Shown piece by piece: positions 1-12,551 of a stretch of 64,000 bases of DNA. The DNA is from Octopus sinensis. Its lineage: Eukaryota. The stretch's first letter is position 1, and the number at the start of each line of letters is the position of its first letter. The DNA is taken from positions 83,514,001-83,578,000 of the forward strand of contig NC_042999.1 of assembly GCF_006345805.1 (NCBI RefSeq), written 5' to 3'. The notes under the pieces are model-generated. The model was not told where the DNA came from and searched no databases. It saw only the letters and a list, made by a program, of their open reading frames with translations. A program made the translations under genes and the position numbers.

Positions 1-289
1 GGAAGGACAAGAAGAAGAAAGAATGGTACCAGTGGAGGCAGAAAAAGAAAAGGCAGAGGAAGAGTGGGAAACCACGGGAAAAAGGAAAGAAGGAAGAGAA
101 AAAGTCCAACGCATACAGAATCTTTTCCAGTTACTGCAGCATAGCTACCGACTGGACCTGGTTGGCTCTCCATTATTTCGTTTGTAACAACTTCACCATA
201 GTAACCTTTTCCAGTTACTGCAGCATAGCTACCGACTGGACCTGGTTGGCTCTCCATTATTTCGTTTGTAACAACTTCACCCACAAATA

Positions 290-1420
290 GGGAAGAAAAC
301 AATTAGGCGAAATAACAGTTAACAATTCGATAATGCAACAATTCAACAATTCAATAATTAACATTAGTACGGTGTTACTTTATTACCCATAAAGGGCCAA
401 CAAAGAGGGACAATACAGCACATTTGGGGACATATAACAAATAAAAAAAATAAAACTTATGATATAAGGAAAATTGAAAATGAGAAATGAAAATGGTGTT
501 ACTTGCCCCACCAAGTAACATCACTTACTTCCTTTTCCTCCGTTTTCCAGTTCTTTATATTCTATAGACATTGGTAATTTCCTATGCCGTAGTCTACTTT
601 CCACAGCTCACATTTTCCTTAGTACCCTTTTATTTCATTCATTTGTTGTTCTGTTATTAATAAACACGTATGTTCTCCGCCAATACTCTCCTCATCTACT
701 CCACCAACATATACTGTGTTTCCCCATTCAGTCACCCTTTCAATCAGTTCATCTTCCACGTCCTCATACAGTACATACGCAAAACAAACAGCGGGAGGGG
801 AAGTTTGTGAATTATTGTGTAAGTGTTCTTTCTTGTTTATATGTTGGAGGGGAGTGGGAAGGCTTAGTGTCTGCAGGGAGAGGGTGGGACAAAGTGGATA
901 TGGGTGGGCATTGGGTAGTTGTAGGGAGGGATTCTGTATGCGTTGGACTTTTTCTCTTCCTTCTTTCCTTTTTCCCGTGGTTTCCCACTCTTCCTCTGCC
1001 TTTTCTTTTTCTGCCTCCACTGATACCATTCTTTCTTCTTCTTGTACTTCCTGGGGCTTCTCCTGGAGAAATTCTTCTTACGTTTTCTCAGCTTCTTTGA
1101 TCGGTGGAGGGCATTTCGCTCTTATGTGGCCCTTCAGGCCACATTTAAAACAGCGAGGGATTCTGCCCTCCACCCTTACATTCATTATTGTTTCGTTTAC
1201 TGTTACCGTCTCAACCATGTCTTCTATCGTCTCTTTTTGAACCTTGAATAATCATGTTCAACGCTTGGCCTCTCCAGTTAACACTTCGTTTTTGTGGCCT
1301 GGAGCACCGCTATCTTGTCCTCGGTACCAACCACGACAGCGGCTACTATCCAGGCAACATTTATCTCTGGTGGAATTCCTTCTACCCTTACCCGAGACGT
1401 TGACTGCTGATATATTACAA
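290..1420 (-). mobile_element. 5'-truncated copy of a gag/ORF1-like zinc-knuckle retroelement, with 3' UTR
   Basis: The minus strand reads SRVRVEGIPPEINVAWIVAA...MNVRVEGRIPRCFKCGLKGHIRAKC, a CX2CX4HX4C knuckle at 1111-1152. An in-frame TAA at 1078-1080 precedes ORF 619-1029, and there are two frameshifts near 1236 and 1280. AATAAA lies at 379-384 (minus). Confidence 0.75.
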
Positions 1421-2620
1421 ATGAGAGAAATAAAACTAGACGAGAAGAAACTGAAAAGATTTAACGAACTTATAGTAAAGGAAGGTGACAGCCTGAGGTT
1501 GACCCCGCCGAAAGAAGTGACAGAAAATACAACTAAAATGACAGTAATTTATAGAACGCTGTCCACAGCAACCAAAATGATCGAAATAGCTACAGCAGAA
1601 GCAGTAGAAGAATGTCTAAAGGCCATTAAAAGCCTCACGACATTCTATGCTAGAAGCAAGAAATACGGCACAGTGGAGGTTTTTTTCGCGAGCGAACAAA
1701 GAAGCGATAAAGTACTCCACTGTGCCGTTGAGGTTGTCTGAGAGGGTGACACTGCCAACCAACTGTGGCAAACGTGCGGCCAGAATTAGAATTGGCAGAG
1801 TGACCCCAGAGATTGACGAGGCGTGGCTGGTGGCAACCATCCTCTACAACACGGAGGAAGAAACGAAAATTCTGAAAGTCAGAAGAACAACGGAGGTAAA
1901 CTGATGGGAACACGTCCTCGAGGTGACGGTCCAAATGAGTTTACCGGATCTACATAAAATTGTAGAGGAGGTTGTGTAGCCCGAGGAGATGAAACTAAGA
2001 GTGGTAGTGGAGGAGCAAAGGCCAGTAGACGAAAAGAAAATAGAAAATGTGGAAGAAAAGTGTATGGTAGGGAAGAGAAAGAAGAAAAGAGAGGGAAACG
2101 TGGACTCACCACCTAAGAGTCCGCTGAAAAAGAGAGAGGAAAACGTAGAGGAGACTCAGGGTGTGATATCAGCTATACCAATAGAGGAGAAAGTGAATGT
2201 GCAGAAAAGAAAGGAAGAAAGAAGGGAGATGCCAACAACATCAAGTGGGAAAGATACAGAGAAAATCAGACACCGATACCAGTAATTAGCACGGAGGAGA
2301 AAGTGAAGGTGCAGAAAAGAAAGGAAGAGAGATGCCAACAACATTGGGTGAGAGAGATGCAGAGAAGAAAGAGATGGCGATACCAGTAACATCAGAAGAG
2401 AATAATAATGGAAAACAGGAAGAAGTGCAGTAATGGAAACACTTACGGACTATGATAGAGTATAAAAGAAGTGTAGACATTGAGAAAAAAATCACTAAGA
2501 TGAAACATGTAATTAGGATTAAATTAGCGGCGAATGTTTGTAACGAAGGCTGTAGAGCAGTCTTGCTTGAGAAAGAGAAAGGAGAGAAGTTGAAGGAAAT
2601 GTTTGGAGAGAATATAAAAA
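1421..2620 (+). mobile_element. Degenerate second copy of the ORF1-like element, zinc knuckle missing
   Basis: From ATG 1421: LRLTPPKEVTENTTKMTVIYRTL...YARSKKYGTVEVFF, then a frameshift near 1700 into EAIKYSTVPL...GKRAARIRIGRVTPEIDEAWL...KLRVVVEEQRP. It aligns by eye along its length with the 28869-29787 and 290-1420 copies. Confidence 0.7.
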
Positions 2621-3028
2621 GATGGGCTACAGCAAATATTCTACTCAATACCACAGATTTGTTTGTCAGTTGTTTGACCTTAACCATTTGAGCATGTCCC
2701 TTAGTGGCTGAAGATATACCATCTCCGATCACGAGCAGAAGTAGTTGGGAGCATGATAGCCATGTGTTAAAAATAATTATTTAGGGTTTGAATAATTCAC
2801 TCCTGGAAACATGGGTGTTTCGTTTAACATCCTTAAACAACCCTTATTCAGGGACCTTTTGAGCGGGATGGGCTTCTCCATCTGAAGAAAATTCTAACTG
2901 GGCCCCGCCTGCAAGATCACCATGTCGCGCACATATGGTTGTGATGCATGTGCCTGATACATCCTTATCAAACAGGTAATCAGGATAGTCTTCGCGTCAT
3001 TTTGATGGCATGCACTGCTCCCTCACTC
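2613..3028 (+). mobile_element. Left-truncated copy of the (AAT)n-tailed non-coding repeat
   Basis: Clear sequence similarity to 17762-18227. It ends ...CACTC directly before an (AAT)n array. Confidence 0.8.
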
Positions 3029-3084
<56 letters not shown>

Positions 3085-3086
3085 TA

Positions 3087-3138
<52 letters not shown>

Positions 3139-3148
3139 CAACAATAAT

Positions 3149-3179
<31 letters not shown>

Positions 3180-3196
3180 TAATAATAATAATAATG

Positions 3197-3269
<73 letters not shown>

Positions 3270-3400
3270 CAACAATAATATTAATAATAATAATAATAAT
3301 AATAAGAAGAAGAAGAAGAAGAAGAAGAAGAAAGATAAATAAATAAATAAATAAATAAATAAATCATCCTCATCATCATAACCATCATCATCATTCTTCT
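3029..3400. repeat. Compound microsatellite (AAT)n/(GAA)n/(AAAT)n/(ATC)n
   Basis: Directly visible; it explains the poly-N and poly-I ORFs. Confidence 0.95.
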
Positions 3401-4109
3401 TCCAGTTTTAGATGGCTTGATAACGAGATTAAGTGGCGAAGCTTCGGAAAAACCTAGCATACTCGAATAATCCTGCAGATTGATTGGATTCGCCACGTAC
3501 AGATCAATCAATCAATAAATAATCAATTAATCAAGCCGTCAATCGATCAACCAGTTTAATCAATCAATCACTCAATTATTCTCCAGTTTGAAGAAATTCA
3601 TCATTTTTATGAATGGCGTTTAGTCATCTTGTCACATGTCTAAATGTATCTATGACTACTGCCACAAATTTGAACCCTTAAATGTTTGAAAAGTACTTAC
3701 AAGTTTAGCAAGCATTATTCGCTGACTTTCACTTTCTCGTTTATTTTGGATCTGACATTTATATTCGTTATTCAACCAACTTCGAACTTCTTTCTTTTAT
3801 TTTTCTTTCTTATTTCTTCCATTAAAACATTGTCCAATGCATTGTACTTCCGTCTTTATCATATGTTTATTTTAGACATTTCATCAATATTTTATACTTT
3901 ATTTAGAAGTTGCCGGAATAGCAGAGACTGTAGGTTACCGTGCTAGATGTCTTTGACGTTAATCCATCAACAGTTGATAAAATAAGTACAAGGTATGCGC
4001 TGGTGTTGATGCAATTGATTATACATCCAGCTCTTTCGCATATTTTATTAGTTTTTCTCGTTTTGCTTTGTGCCATTGCAATAAATCAATATTATTTTCT
4101 ATTTAATAC

Positions 4110-4112
<3 letters not shown>

Positions 4113-4169
<57 letters not shown>

Positions 4170-4422
4170 GTATGTGCGTCCGTATGTGTGTGTATGATGT
4201 ATATATATGTATGTACAAGCATGCATGCATAGTGACACACATATGATTCCGTGTAAACTCTAAATCGTACATAATAATATCTTTGACAAATTATATTCTG
4301 TAATGTTCCCGTTGTAGCTATAATACCATGTTTCACGAAGAACTAAGTAATTGATATTTTGCCTGCAGCTACAGATGTTATAATTCACGTCTTACATACA
4401 AAAAAACACAGAAATGCTTACG

Positions 4423-4475
<53 letters not shown>

Positions 4476-4501
4476 GCACACACACACGCACACACACACA
4501 C
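4113..4501. repeat. (TA)n at 4113-4166 and (CA)n at 4424-4501
   Basis: Directly visible. Confidence 0.95.
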
Positions 4502-4917
4502 TTAAAGCTAATGAGTGTTTTTTTGTGACTATTGTCTTGCTGCCGGATTATAATAGGTATCCTTTCAAAGGATGCACTGAGTCCAGAGAAATCCAACCTG
4601 AATTACGTTTTTCTTAAATGTAACCAATATTGTATATGTTAGCGGGATCGTAGAATAGCCGAATGATTAAGAAAATCGCTTTACAACCACTAAATACCGG
4701 GATCGATCCCAAAGTGCGTCGTCTGCGGCCTGTGCCTTTTTATCACAGCCCCGGTTTCACCTAATCTTTGTGAGTGAAACTGAGAAGAAATTGTGCAGAG
4801 GCACGCTGGATACATGGAACATGTAACTCAAATGTTAAATCAGCCTTGTCACACACTGTGCCAGGCTGATACTGCTCGAGATTTACATTATGGTTACACG
4901 TGTCTGTGGAATACATA

Positions 4918-5830
4918 CGCGGGGTACCCTAAAGTAACCGGAAACGTTCACTGTGGGGCAAGCCAGTCGTAGTTCAGACTTCCGCTCCTAGAAGCCACTT
5001 GATGCAACCCTCAGACATCAGTCCACTGACTGGCGATGTCGAGCGGGGTCGTACTGCCACGTGGTAAGTCATTGTTTTGCAATGCTCTTCCATGTTCGTC
5101 GATTTTTGCGATGGCTGAAACGAAAGAAACAGCGTGCTTCCGTGAAAGTCTGTTTTCTGCTGTGGAAAAAGGCGGCCGAAACACTTGTTTTTTCATGCTT
5201 CAAACAGATTACAAGGACTCTGCCATGAGCTAAACACAAGTTTACGAGTGGTTTCTCACGCTTTAGAAATGGTCACTCGTTGCTTGAAGGCTAACCTCGT
5301 TCAGGGCGACCGTATCCTGAAGCTCCTGCTAACAAATTTCCAGCGAGGAATTGCGAATGAGAAGTGTTGCAGCAAATTCTGTGCATCACTGGCTTACGGA
5401 AGATCAAAAGCAGTCACGACTGAATGCGGGTCGTGAACTAAAAGAACAGTTGGAAGTTGGTCCTGGTGATAAAAGCTGCTGCTGCGGCTACAACCCGGAA
5501 ACGAAGTAGCAATCAAGTCAGTGGAAGCATCCAAAGGAAGTCCAATATCAAGACGATACTGATTTGCTTCATCGATGCGAAATGAACGAAAAAAACTCCT
5601 TAAAGGAAAACGTTTTGTAGATGTGGAAGAGGTGAAGAAAAAATGATGGAGGCATTAAATGGCATCACTTGGCAAGAGTTTCAGGACTGCTTCGAACAAT
5701 GGAAAGCGCGTCTGAACTGATGAGTTGCTTCAAACAGAGAATACCTTGATGGCGATAAAGGTTTAAACATGTAAAACTTAGTGAATAAATTAATATTGCA
5801 AAATTCCAGTTTCTTTTGTGTAGCCCCTCG
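4918..5830 (+). mobile_element. Internally deleted mariner transposon
   Basis: TA at 4916-4917 and imperfect TIRs (CGCGGGGTACCCTAAAGTAACCGGAA / TTCCAGTTTCTTTTGTGTAGCCCCTCG). Frameshifted transposase pieces include MLQTDYKDSAMS*TQVYEWF, YNPETK*QSSQW and LKGKRFVDVEEVKKK...CFEQWK. Confidence 0.85.
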
Positions 5831-7059
5831 TGACTACTAATATTTTAAGTTAAAGAGCAAGTAATTTGGCTGATTGAACAACTGAATCTGCATCGTCGAA
5901 ATTGACGAAGATCCATTTACTTACTGCTTACGTAAGAATAGATGGTCAGAAAGATAGATGTCTCTCCATTTCTTTTTTAAATTCTTTGACATCTTCCTTC
6001 AAAGAAACGGTGGATTTCTCTCAAAGAAACGAATGTCTATAACCGGAATTTAGATAACAACACTAGTACAGAATTTATGGATGGAATTTTAGAAGAGTCT
6101 TTCACAGTACTGTTGTTCTGCTCGGGAATTAAATTTTCAGAACGTGCTTTAAATATTCACTTTATTAGCTTTTCTAGATCTCTGGTGAAACACTTATTAT
6201 CATAACTAAGTGTGCCAATGATTATCGGTAAATGTAAATGGTAATTTTTAATGTGTAAAGAGAAGATGTAGGCTTTGAAGCAGTTGGAAATAAAGATTTT
6301 CTTTCAATTCCTATTTCCAATAAAATGTACAGTTATCTTGAGATCAGTTATACATATGTATAAGCATTTGTTCTCTATTTTACATGTATGTATGTATGTC
6401 CATATAAATTATGTACGTGAGTATGTACATATGAATGAACGTATGCATGTTTGAATGTAATTTCATCACAGAATTCCTTCCAGCTGGTCACTAGCAAAAT
6501 CTCAAACATTTTGTTTTATTCATGATAGTTTCAGTGATTTGTTTGACTAGTTCTAGATTTATTATGCTTACACCAGATTGTAGTTTTCAATACAATGTTC
6601 CATTAATATTCTATACTTTTTGAGATGTAATTTTTCAGTTTTGGTGCATTTAGCAAATGAAATTTAACAAGGTACAGTGACTTTAGTATGTTTCAGTGAG
6701 GAATAGATTCGAACGCCTTCAGTCACATAGTCTTAGATTCCAGTGGTGCTGCTTCACTTCCTTATGGTCAATTTTAGTGATGAAGAAACGTTTGGCACAG
6801 CTCAACACCTCTTTCTTCTGTCTTGTTTACTCATCAATCACCATATTTCGCAATATTCTAGGGGACACACCTTTAATCAATTGTGTTGTGTTTATACATA
6901 GCATATAAGTAATTTACGTTTCTGTAGATTTTTGGCTACATGCTCAAAGTTGACTGTGCAAATGTCATCCTGTCTGGTACATCAAGTTTTTTTTTTCCTT
7001 GTCTTTTGTTTTAACAAGTTGGCGAAATCTTTTGTATAATGTGAGCTAGCTATACCAAT

Positions 7060-7411
7060 TTGGATTGGAAGCACTCCGTCGGTTACGACGATGAGGGTTC
7101 CGGTTGATCCGAATCAACGGAACAGCCTGCTCGTGAAATTAACGTGTAAGTGGCTGAGCACTCCACAGACACGTGCACCCTTAACGTAGTTCTCGGGGAT
7201 ATTCAGCGGCCCCTTGAAATACAGGTACAACAGAAACAGGAAGTAAGAGTGAGAGAAAGTTGTGGTGAAAGAGTACAGCAGGGATCACCACCATCCCCTG
7301 CCGGAGCCTCGTGGAGCTTTTAGATGTTTTCGCTCAATAAACACTCACAACGCCCGGTCTGGGAATCGAAACCGCGAGTCCGCTGCCCTAACCACTGGGC
7401 CATTGCGCCTC
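7060..7411 (-). mobile_element. tRNA-derived SINE (family C here) with 14-bp TSD
   Basis: The minus-strand head has A-box-like TGGCCCAGTGG and B-box-like GTTTCGATTCC. The TSD CTAGCTATACCAAT is at 7046-7059 and 7412-7425. Confidence 0.9.
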
Positions 7412-7504
7412 CTAGCTATACCAATAACTGACTATCAACTCGCTCTTCAGTATTTTAATGACTCCGACAAGAGTCAATATACGTACTAATGCATTTATTA
7501 TGTA

Positions 7505-7908
7505 CCTGCAGTATCGCCCGGCGTTGTTCGGATTTGTTTCGACCTTTTAGAATTAAAATTTTTGAAAAGTAAAATTTTTGAAAAGTAAAACTTTTGCATT
7601 ATGTAGCTTGTTATTCTCTTTAAGTAAACATTTTTTTGGTTGAAATACACCGAACAATGGTGACACAGCAGTCAAAAAATCATAAAAATAGAGATTTTCA
7701 TTGAAAAAAAGCACCTTTTTGATGTAAATAATTTTTGGTGTTAACATGGTCCAATTTGAAATTTTTCTTCTACGGAAGGAAGAGCAAGCCTTCTATCATA
7801 CTCTCAATTTTGGTCAACTTGTGCCGCAGGGTCTCGGAGGAGATAGTGTTAGTTGAAGGCTACCAAACCTGCCATACACAGACAACTTCAGCTTTATATA
7901 TAGAGAGA
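7505..7908 (-). mobile_element. Non-autonomous Helitron (404 bp)
   Basis: The 5' end A|TCTCTCTATATATAAA matches the autonomous element at 53632. The 3' end has a decayed hairpin (CCGAACAACGCCGGG) and CAGG|T in place of CTAG|T. Confidence 0.8.
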
Positions 7909-8077
7909 TGTACCTATATATGTAAGTATGAATGTATGTACAGATGGATGGATTGATGGACACATAGATCGATCAATGGATGTATAGTTAATAAACATAT
8001 TCATTATGATTTAAACAATATATAAAAATGACTTCACTATATATAGTTTTAAAATATGAATTTTACCTGCTTTACTG

Positions 8078-8440
8078 TTAGGCTGTGAAACCTATTCAAA
8101 ACATGTTAAACGGTGGAGTGTTTGCACCTTCGACAAATTGTGCATACACTTTGGTGAGACTATGCGAATGTAGAGAAGCTCCTCTTCGATGTAGTTGATC
8201 GAGGTAGTAAACTATGTAGTTCGTATGGAAGATGAATGAATTTCAAAGACGTCTGCTCTACTAAGAATTATGTTCTTTGAAAAGATCCCCTCTCAAACAG
8301 AGAATAAGATGCAAAATCAATTGGTCTGATTTAAGTAAAAGATAATACTGTAGAAAGTTGGGCAAAACGCACTTGGTAGGTCATCAGGGAAACCAAATAT
8401 GCTGAATATGTCCAAGCATTTTGAAGAGATCACATTAAAT
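8078..8440 (+). mobile_element. Old RTE-type LINE relic (RT C-terminal region)
   Basis: Fragmentary translations GCETYSKHVK and VVRMEDE*ISK resemble the RTE motifs YGCETW and GHVxRMxDxRxPK. Confidence 0.5.
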
Positions 8441-10149
8441 ATGTAAAACGCAAATTTCATAGATATATCGTTCTTTTAAATGTTGAACTGACTCACGAAT
8501 TTGTTTTTCTAAAGCAATTTTTTTTACATAAAGCAAACTAACAGTAGCTAAGCACCAAATAAAAAATCACATGTCGACTAATAATTCAACGAAGTTGTTG
8601 TCATTCAGTTCTTGGTCCGAAGAAACGCATATCAGCACACAATTCTAATTGCCATGATTCTGCATTGCATTTAATTGAGAAGAGACATTTATGTGATATT
8701 TGAGGTAGAAACTGCAAATCACCATCTGGACTAAAACGTAGTTCTCGTTTGACAGCTTATTAACAAGCAGTTATTCCACGCATTAGTATGCCGACTTATA
8801 TAATACATGAATACGTATATGTAGGTATTTATTTTTGCATGTATGTATGCCTGCCTGTGCAACTCAGATTCTTCCTGTAACGTTATACATATAATTTCTG
8901 TGGAATTCTCAGCCTTTTACAGTGCAATTCAATGACTTCGTAGCTCTCTTGATCGAACACTTGAGACATATTTTACTAAAATCTATATGAGGTCTATTTA
9001 CTTTATGTATAAAGCATACACACGCATACACAGATTATTGTGAAATTCTAATTCACTCTGACTTAATCATAAATTTCACTCTACTCTCAATATTGAGCTC
9101 ACCCCACACATCAGTAAATGGTCTGTTGTTATTTTAAACCTAGTTTTTAAATAATCCTTTCTTCTATAGGAACAAGGCCTGACATTTCGTGAGATGGGAG
9201 TATATCATATCGACGCCAGTGTTCAACTGGTATTTATTCTACCGACCTTGAAATAATGAAAGGCAAAGCTGACCTCGGCAGAATTTGAACTCAGAACGTA
9301 AAACCAGAAAAAAAAGGTAGCTAATCATTTTGTCCGAAAAATGCCGATAACATTTATACAAACATGTATACAAACAGACATAAAACCCCATCCCTCGGCG
9401 CACGTGTATTTACAAGAAAAAGGCTGAGAGCGATTTCGAGGTTTAGGATTACTTGCCGTCATCGAACCGTGGATTAGTCCGCTTTTTTACACACCTTATA
9501 CACAGTTCTATTTGAGAGTTCAGTACGTGGACGGAGCAACATATATGAAAATAAAGGAGTTTGTAGAGAGAAAGGAGAATGGGTTATACAATAAAGGGTG
9601 ATAGAAAGGGAAACAAAGAAAGCGGATGGAGAAGAAAAGAAAATTTTTATGCTTTGAGAAAAAGTGGATTGTGTTAGTGAGAGGAATTGTTTGTATTCAA
9701 TTATGGTTTGGCTTTAGTTGAGCATATATATGAAAGAGCGTGCTGCAAATTCGAATTACATCGGAATTCATGAGCGTATTCAGGTCACAATTTGTGTTAG
9801 TCGAAGGGTTCGTTTGGTTTATTAAGAATTTCTTACAGCTTTCTTAGTATTAGAGGTCAGAGGTTATCATGCTGCTCTATGCGGGTCAAACAATATTGCT
9901 TATAAATTTATAAATACCGTGACACTCCGTCAGTTACGACAACGAGGGTTCCAATTGATCCGATCAACAGAACAAAGTAGTTACTACTCTGATCTCTTCT
10001 TGATATTTTACAACTAGCTACTTTGGTTGTATATATATATATATATACTTACACACATATACAGACACACAAATTACAGAATTTGAACCACACACACACA
10101 CACACACGTGCATAAACGCTGGACCGCCATGCTGGACCACTGAAATCTA

Positions 10150-10292
10150 CTAATTTTGTCCCCCTCTCTGTCCCTCTGTTTTTCTGTTTATTTTCTCTTA
10201 TGCCTTTCTGTTGAAGAGCATAGGCTCGAAACGTAAAAAACACTTTTTCATTTTTACCGAGCATCAAACTAATACACTTGCTTGTTGTTCAT
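10150..10292 (+). mobile_element. Short Penelope-like terminal-repeat fragment with hammerhead-like motif
   Basis: CTGTTGA-A-GAGC(ATAG)GCTC-GAAAC-GTA at 10208-10235; followed by (TA)n. Confidence 0.55.
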
Positions 10293-10617
10293 ATATATAT
10301 ATATATATATCCAGAATCAATTTCCAAAGAATTCAAATATAAAAATACCAAGAGTCCAAGGGACGTTCACAGTGAATATTTTTAGTTTGACACTGGAAGA
10401 AAAAAAATTACAAAGTGAAAGTTAAGAGGTAAAATATGACGTTTCAGACATAGGCATTCGTAAAATATATGAATAAAAGTTCAGGGAAAAGAAGAAAGGA
10501 AGAGGAGAAAGAGATAGGGAAAGATAGCCAGTGTGTAATTTACATGTTCGATCACGCACTCATATGCACGCACACAACCCCACACGCCGACACGGACATC
10601 ACACACACACACACACA

Positions 10618-10662
<45 letters not shown>

Positions 10663-10802
10663 CACACACATCTATGTAAGCAGTTGTACATGCATATAAA
10701 AATATATGACTATATATACGTTTACTTCAAAAATCATCCATATATGTAGATATACATATATAAATAAATATACATACGACTATATGCTCAAATCCCCACA
10801 CA

Positions 10803-10881
<79 letters not shown>

Positions 10882-10884
<3 letters not shown>

Positions 10885-12030
10885 GGTGTGTCCGTGGTTT
10901 TGATGATACCTCTTTCAAAAACACTCACTTTCTCATAACTTCGTTTTTTTTTTACCTTACTTTCCAGATAAATGTCAGACATCAAACTGACAAGTTAAAA
11001 GGCACGCTGTAACCATTGCCTTAAAACGGAGCATAGTAATACAGAGATAGCTCACTTACTGAAAGTTTCCCGATCCTCCGTTGTCAAAGTTCGAAAAGAA
11101 TTGGAAACTGCTGGTGGGGATCCAACATCAGCAGCTAAAACCGCCAGAAAACAAACGAGAAATAAGCATTAAAAACCCCGAAAGTCAATCAGAGCATTTG
11201 CAAAGGATCCCAAGGTTTCAGAATGCACCATCAGAAGATTTGTGCATGAGGACATCCGGTACAAGTCGTATATGATTTGGAAGAAGGTCAATTTATGTCG
11301 GATGTGACACGAGAGAATCGGGCGATCCGTGCAAAACTCTTGATAAACAGGTTAAAACACCAAGAGATTAGAAGGCTTTGGTTATTCTTCAATGAGAGAA
11401 ACCTCGACCATGAGGTAGACAAAAGAACGACAGATAGTTATGTAGCTATGCAGTGACCCGAATGTAATTCCGAGCGTCATGCATACAAGTTCCCAATAAC
11501 TAGTGGTCCTGATAGTCCTCGCCAACGAGTGAGATGACATACCTTCTCAATTTATTTTCACATGAATACATGAATAAGGGTCAATGCCGCTGTCTACACA
11601 AAGATGTTGTTGAAAGTTCTGAGGCCCTAATAATCAGAGTACGCAACGGAAGAGCGTACGTCTTTGAACAAGACTCTGCGCCGTCTCATAAGGCTAGGAC
11701 GATCCAAGCGAGGATGCATACCAATCCCTATGATTATTTCTTCCCAGATACGTGGTTTTCTAGCTCACCGGACCTCAATCCACTGGACAATTACGTACGA
11801 GCGCATTCGAGAGAGAGAGAGAGAGAGAGAAATAGAGAGAGAGAGAGAGAGAGGAGTGAAGGAGGGAGAGCTCAATTAATACCCTTATGACACCATACAA
11901 TTTCTCAAGTCTGACATAACCAGCTCTGTCTAAAATTGATAAAGATCATCTGATTCAGGCATGTCAATGCTTTCGATCCCGTATTGAAGCATCCATGGAT
12001 GTTAACTCTAGATTCGTTGAATAAGTGTGA
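10882..12030 (+). mobile_element. Degenerate DD37D (maT/Bmmar1-like) Tc1/mariner transposon
   Basis: Starts TA|CAGGGTGTGTCC next to (TA)n. The HTH region reads TEIAHLLKVSRSSVVKVRKEL. In QDSAPSHKA...SSSPDLNPLD there are 37 residues between the second and third Asp. The right TIR was not found. Confidence 0.85.
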
Positions 12031-12056
12031 TAAAAGGATTTTAAAGATTATTCACA

Positions 12057-12520
12057 CACGAACGATTATATATATATATGTGTGTGCGTGTGTGTGTGTG
12101 TGTGTGTATGCATGTACGTATATGTAAAATATGCATGTATGTATACAGTCATATAGATGTATACACATACATACTCATACATGTATCTTTACATATACAT
12201 TAGTAAAGATATAATAACTTCACTATGTAAAGATTATTCGTTTTCAAATACAGCTTTTCTCTGAGGAGGTTTCCTCTTTTTCTAAATTCATACAAATCAC
12301 CTAAAAAAACTGACGCAACCTGAATATGTGTGTGTGTGCGCGTGTGTACACATGCACACCTGTTCACCCTTAAAAAGTCCAACAGATATAGCATACATAA
12401 ATGTTGCCGCAGCATGTACATACACATTTTTTTCCTCATTGTTTCTGGTTCTAGGTACCAACACTTGCGTATACAAATGTATGTGTCTATCTGTGTATAA
12501 ATCATCAAATCACGAACGAT

Positions 12521-12551
<31 letters not shown>

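Noticed and set aside
716-1240. 174-aa plus-strand ORF
   Set aside because: It is the antisense mirror of the minus-strand zinc-knuckle ORF1-like sequence.
1380-1460. Twin-priming explanation for the head-to-head ORF1-like junction
   Set aside because: The two halves overlap in homologous coverage and are highly divergent, so they cannot come from one RNA.
7340-7411. tRNA genes at A-box/B-box motifs (here and at other SINE heads)
   Set aside because: The motifs run into SINE bodies and lack a complete cloverleaf.
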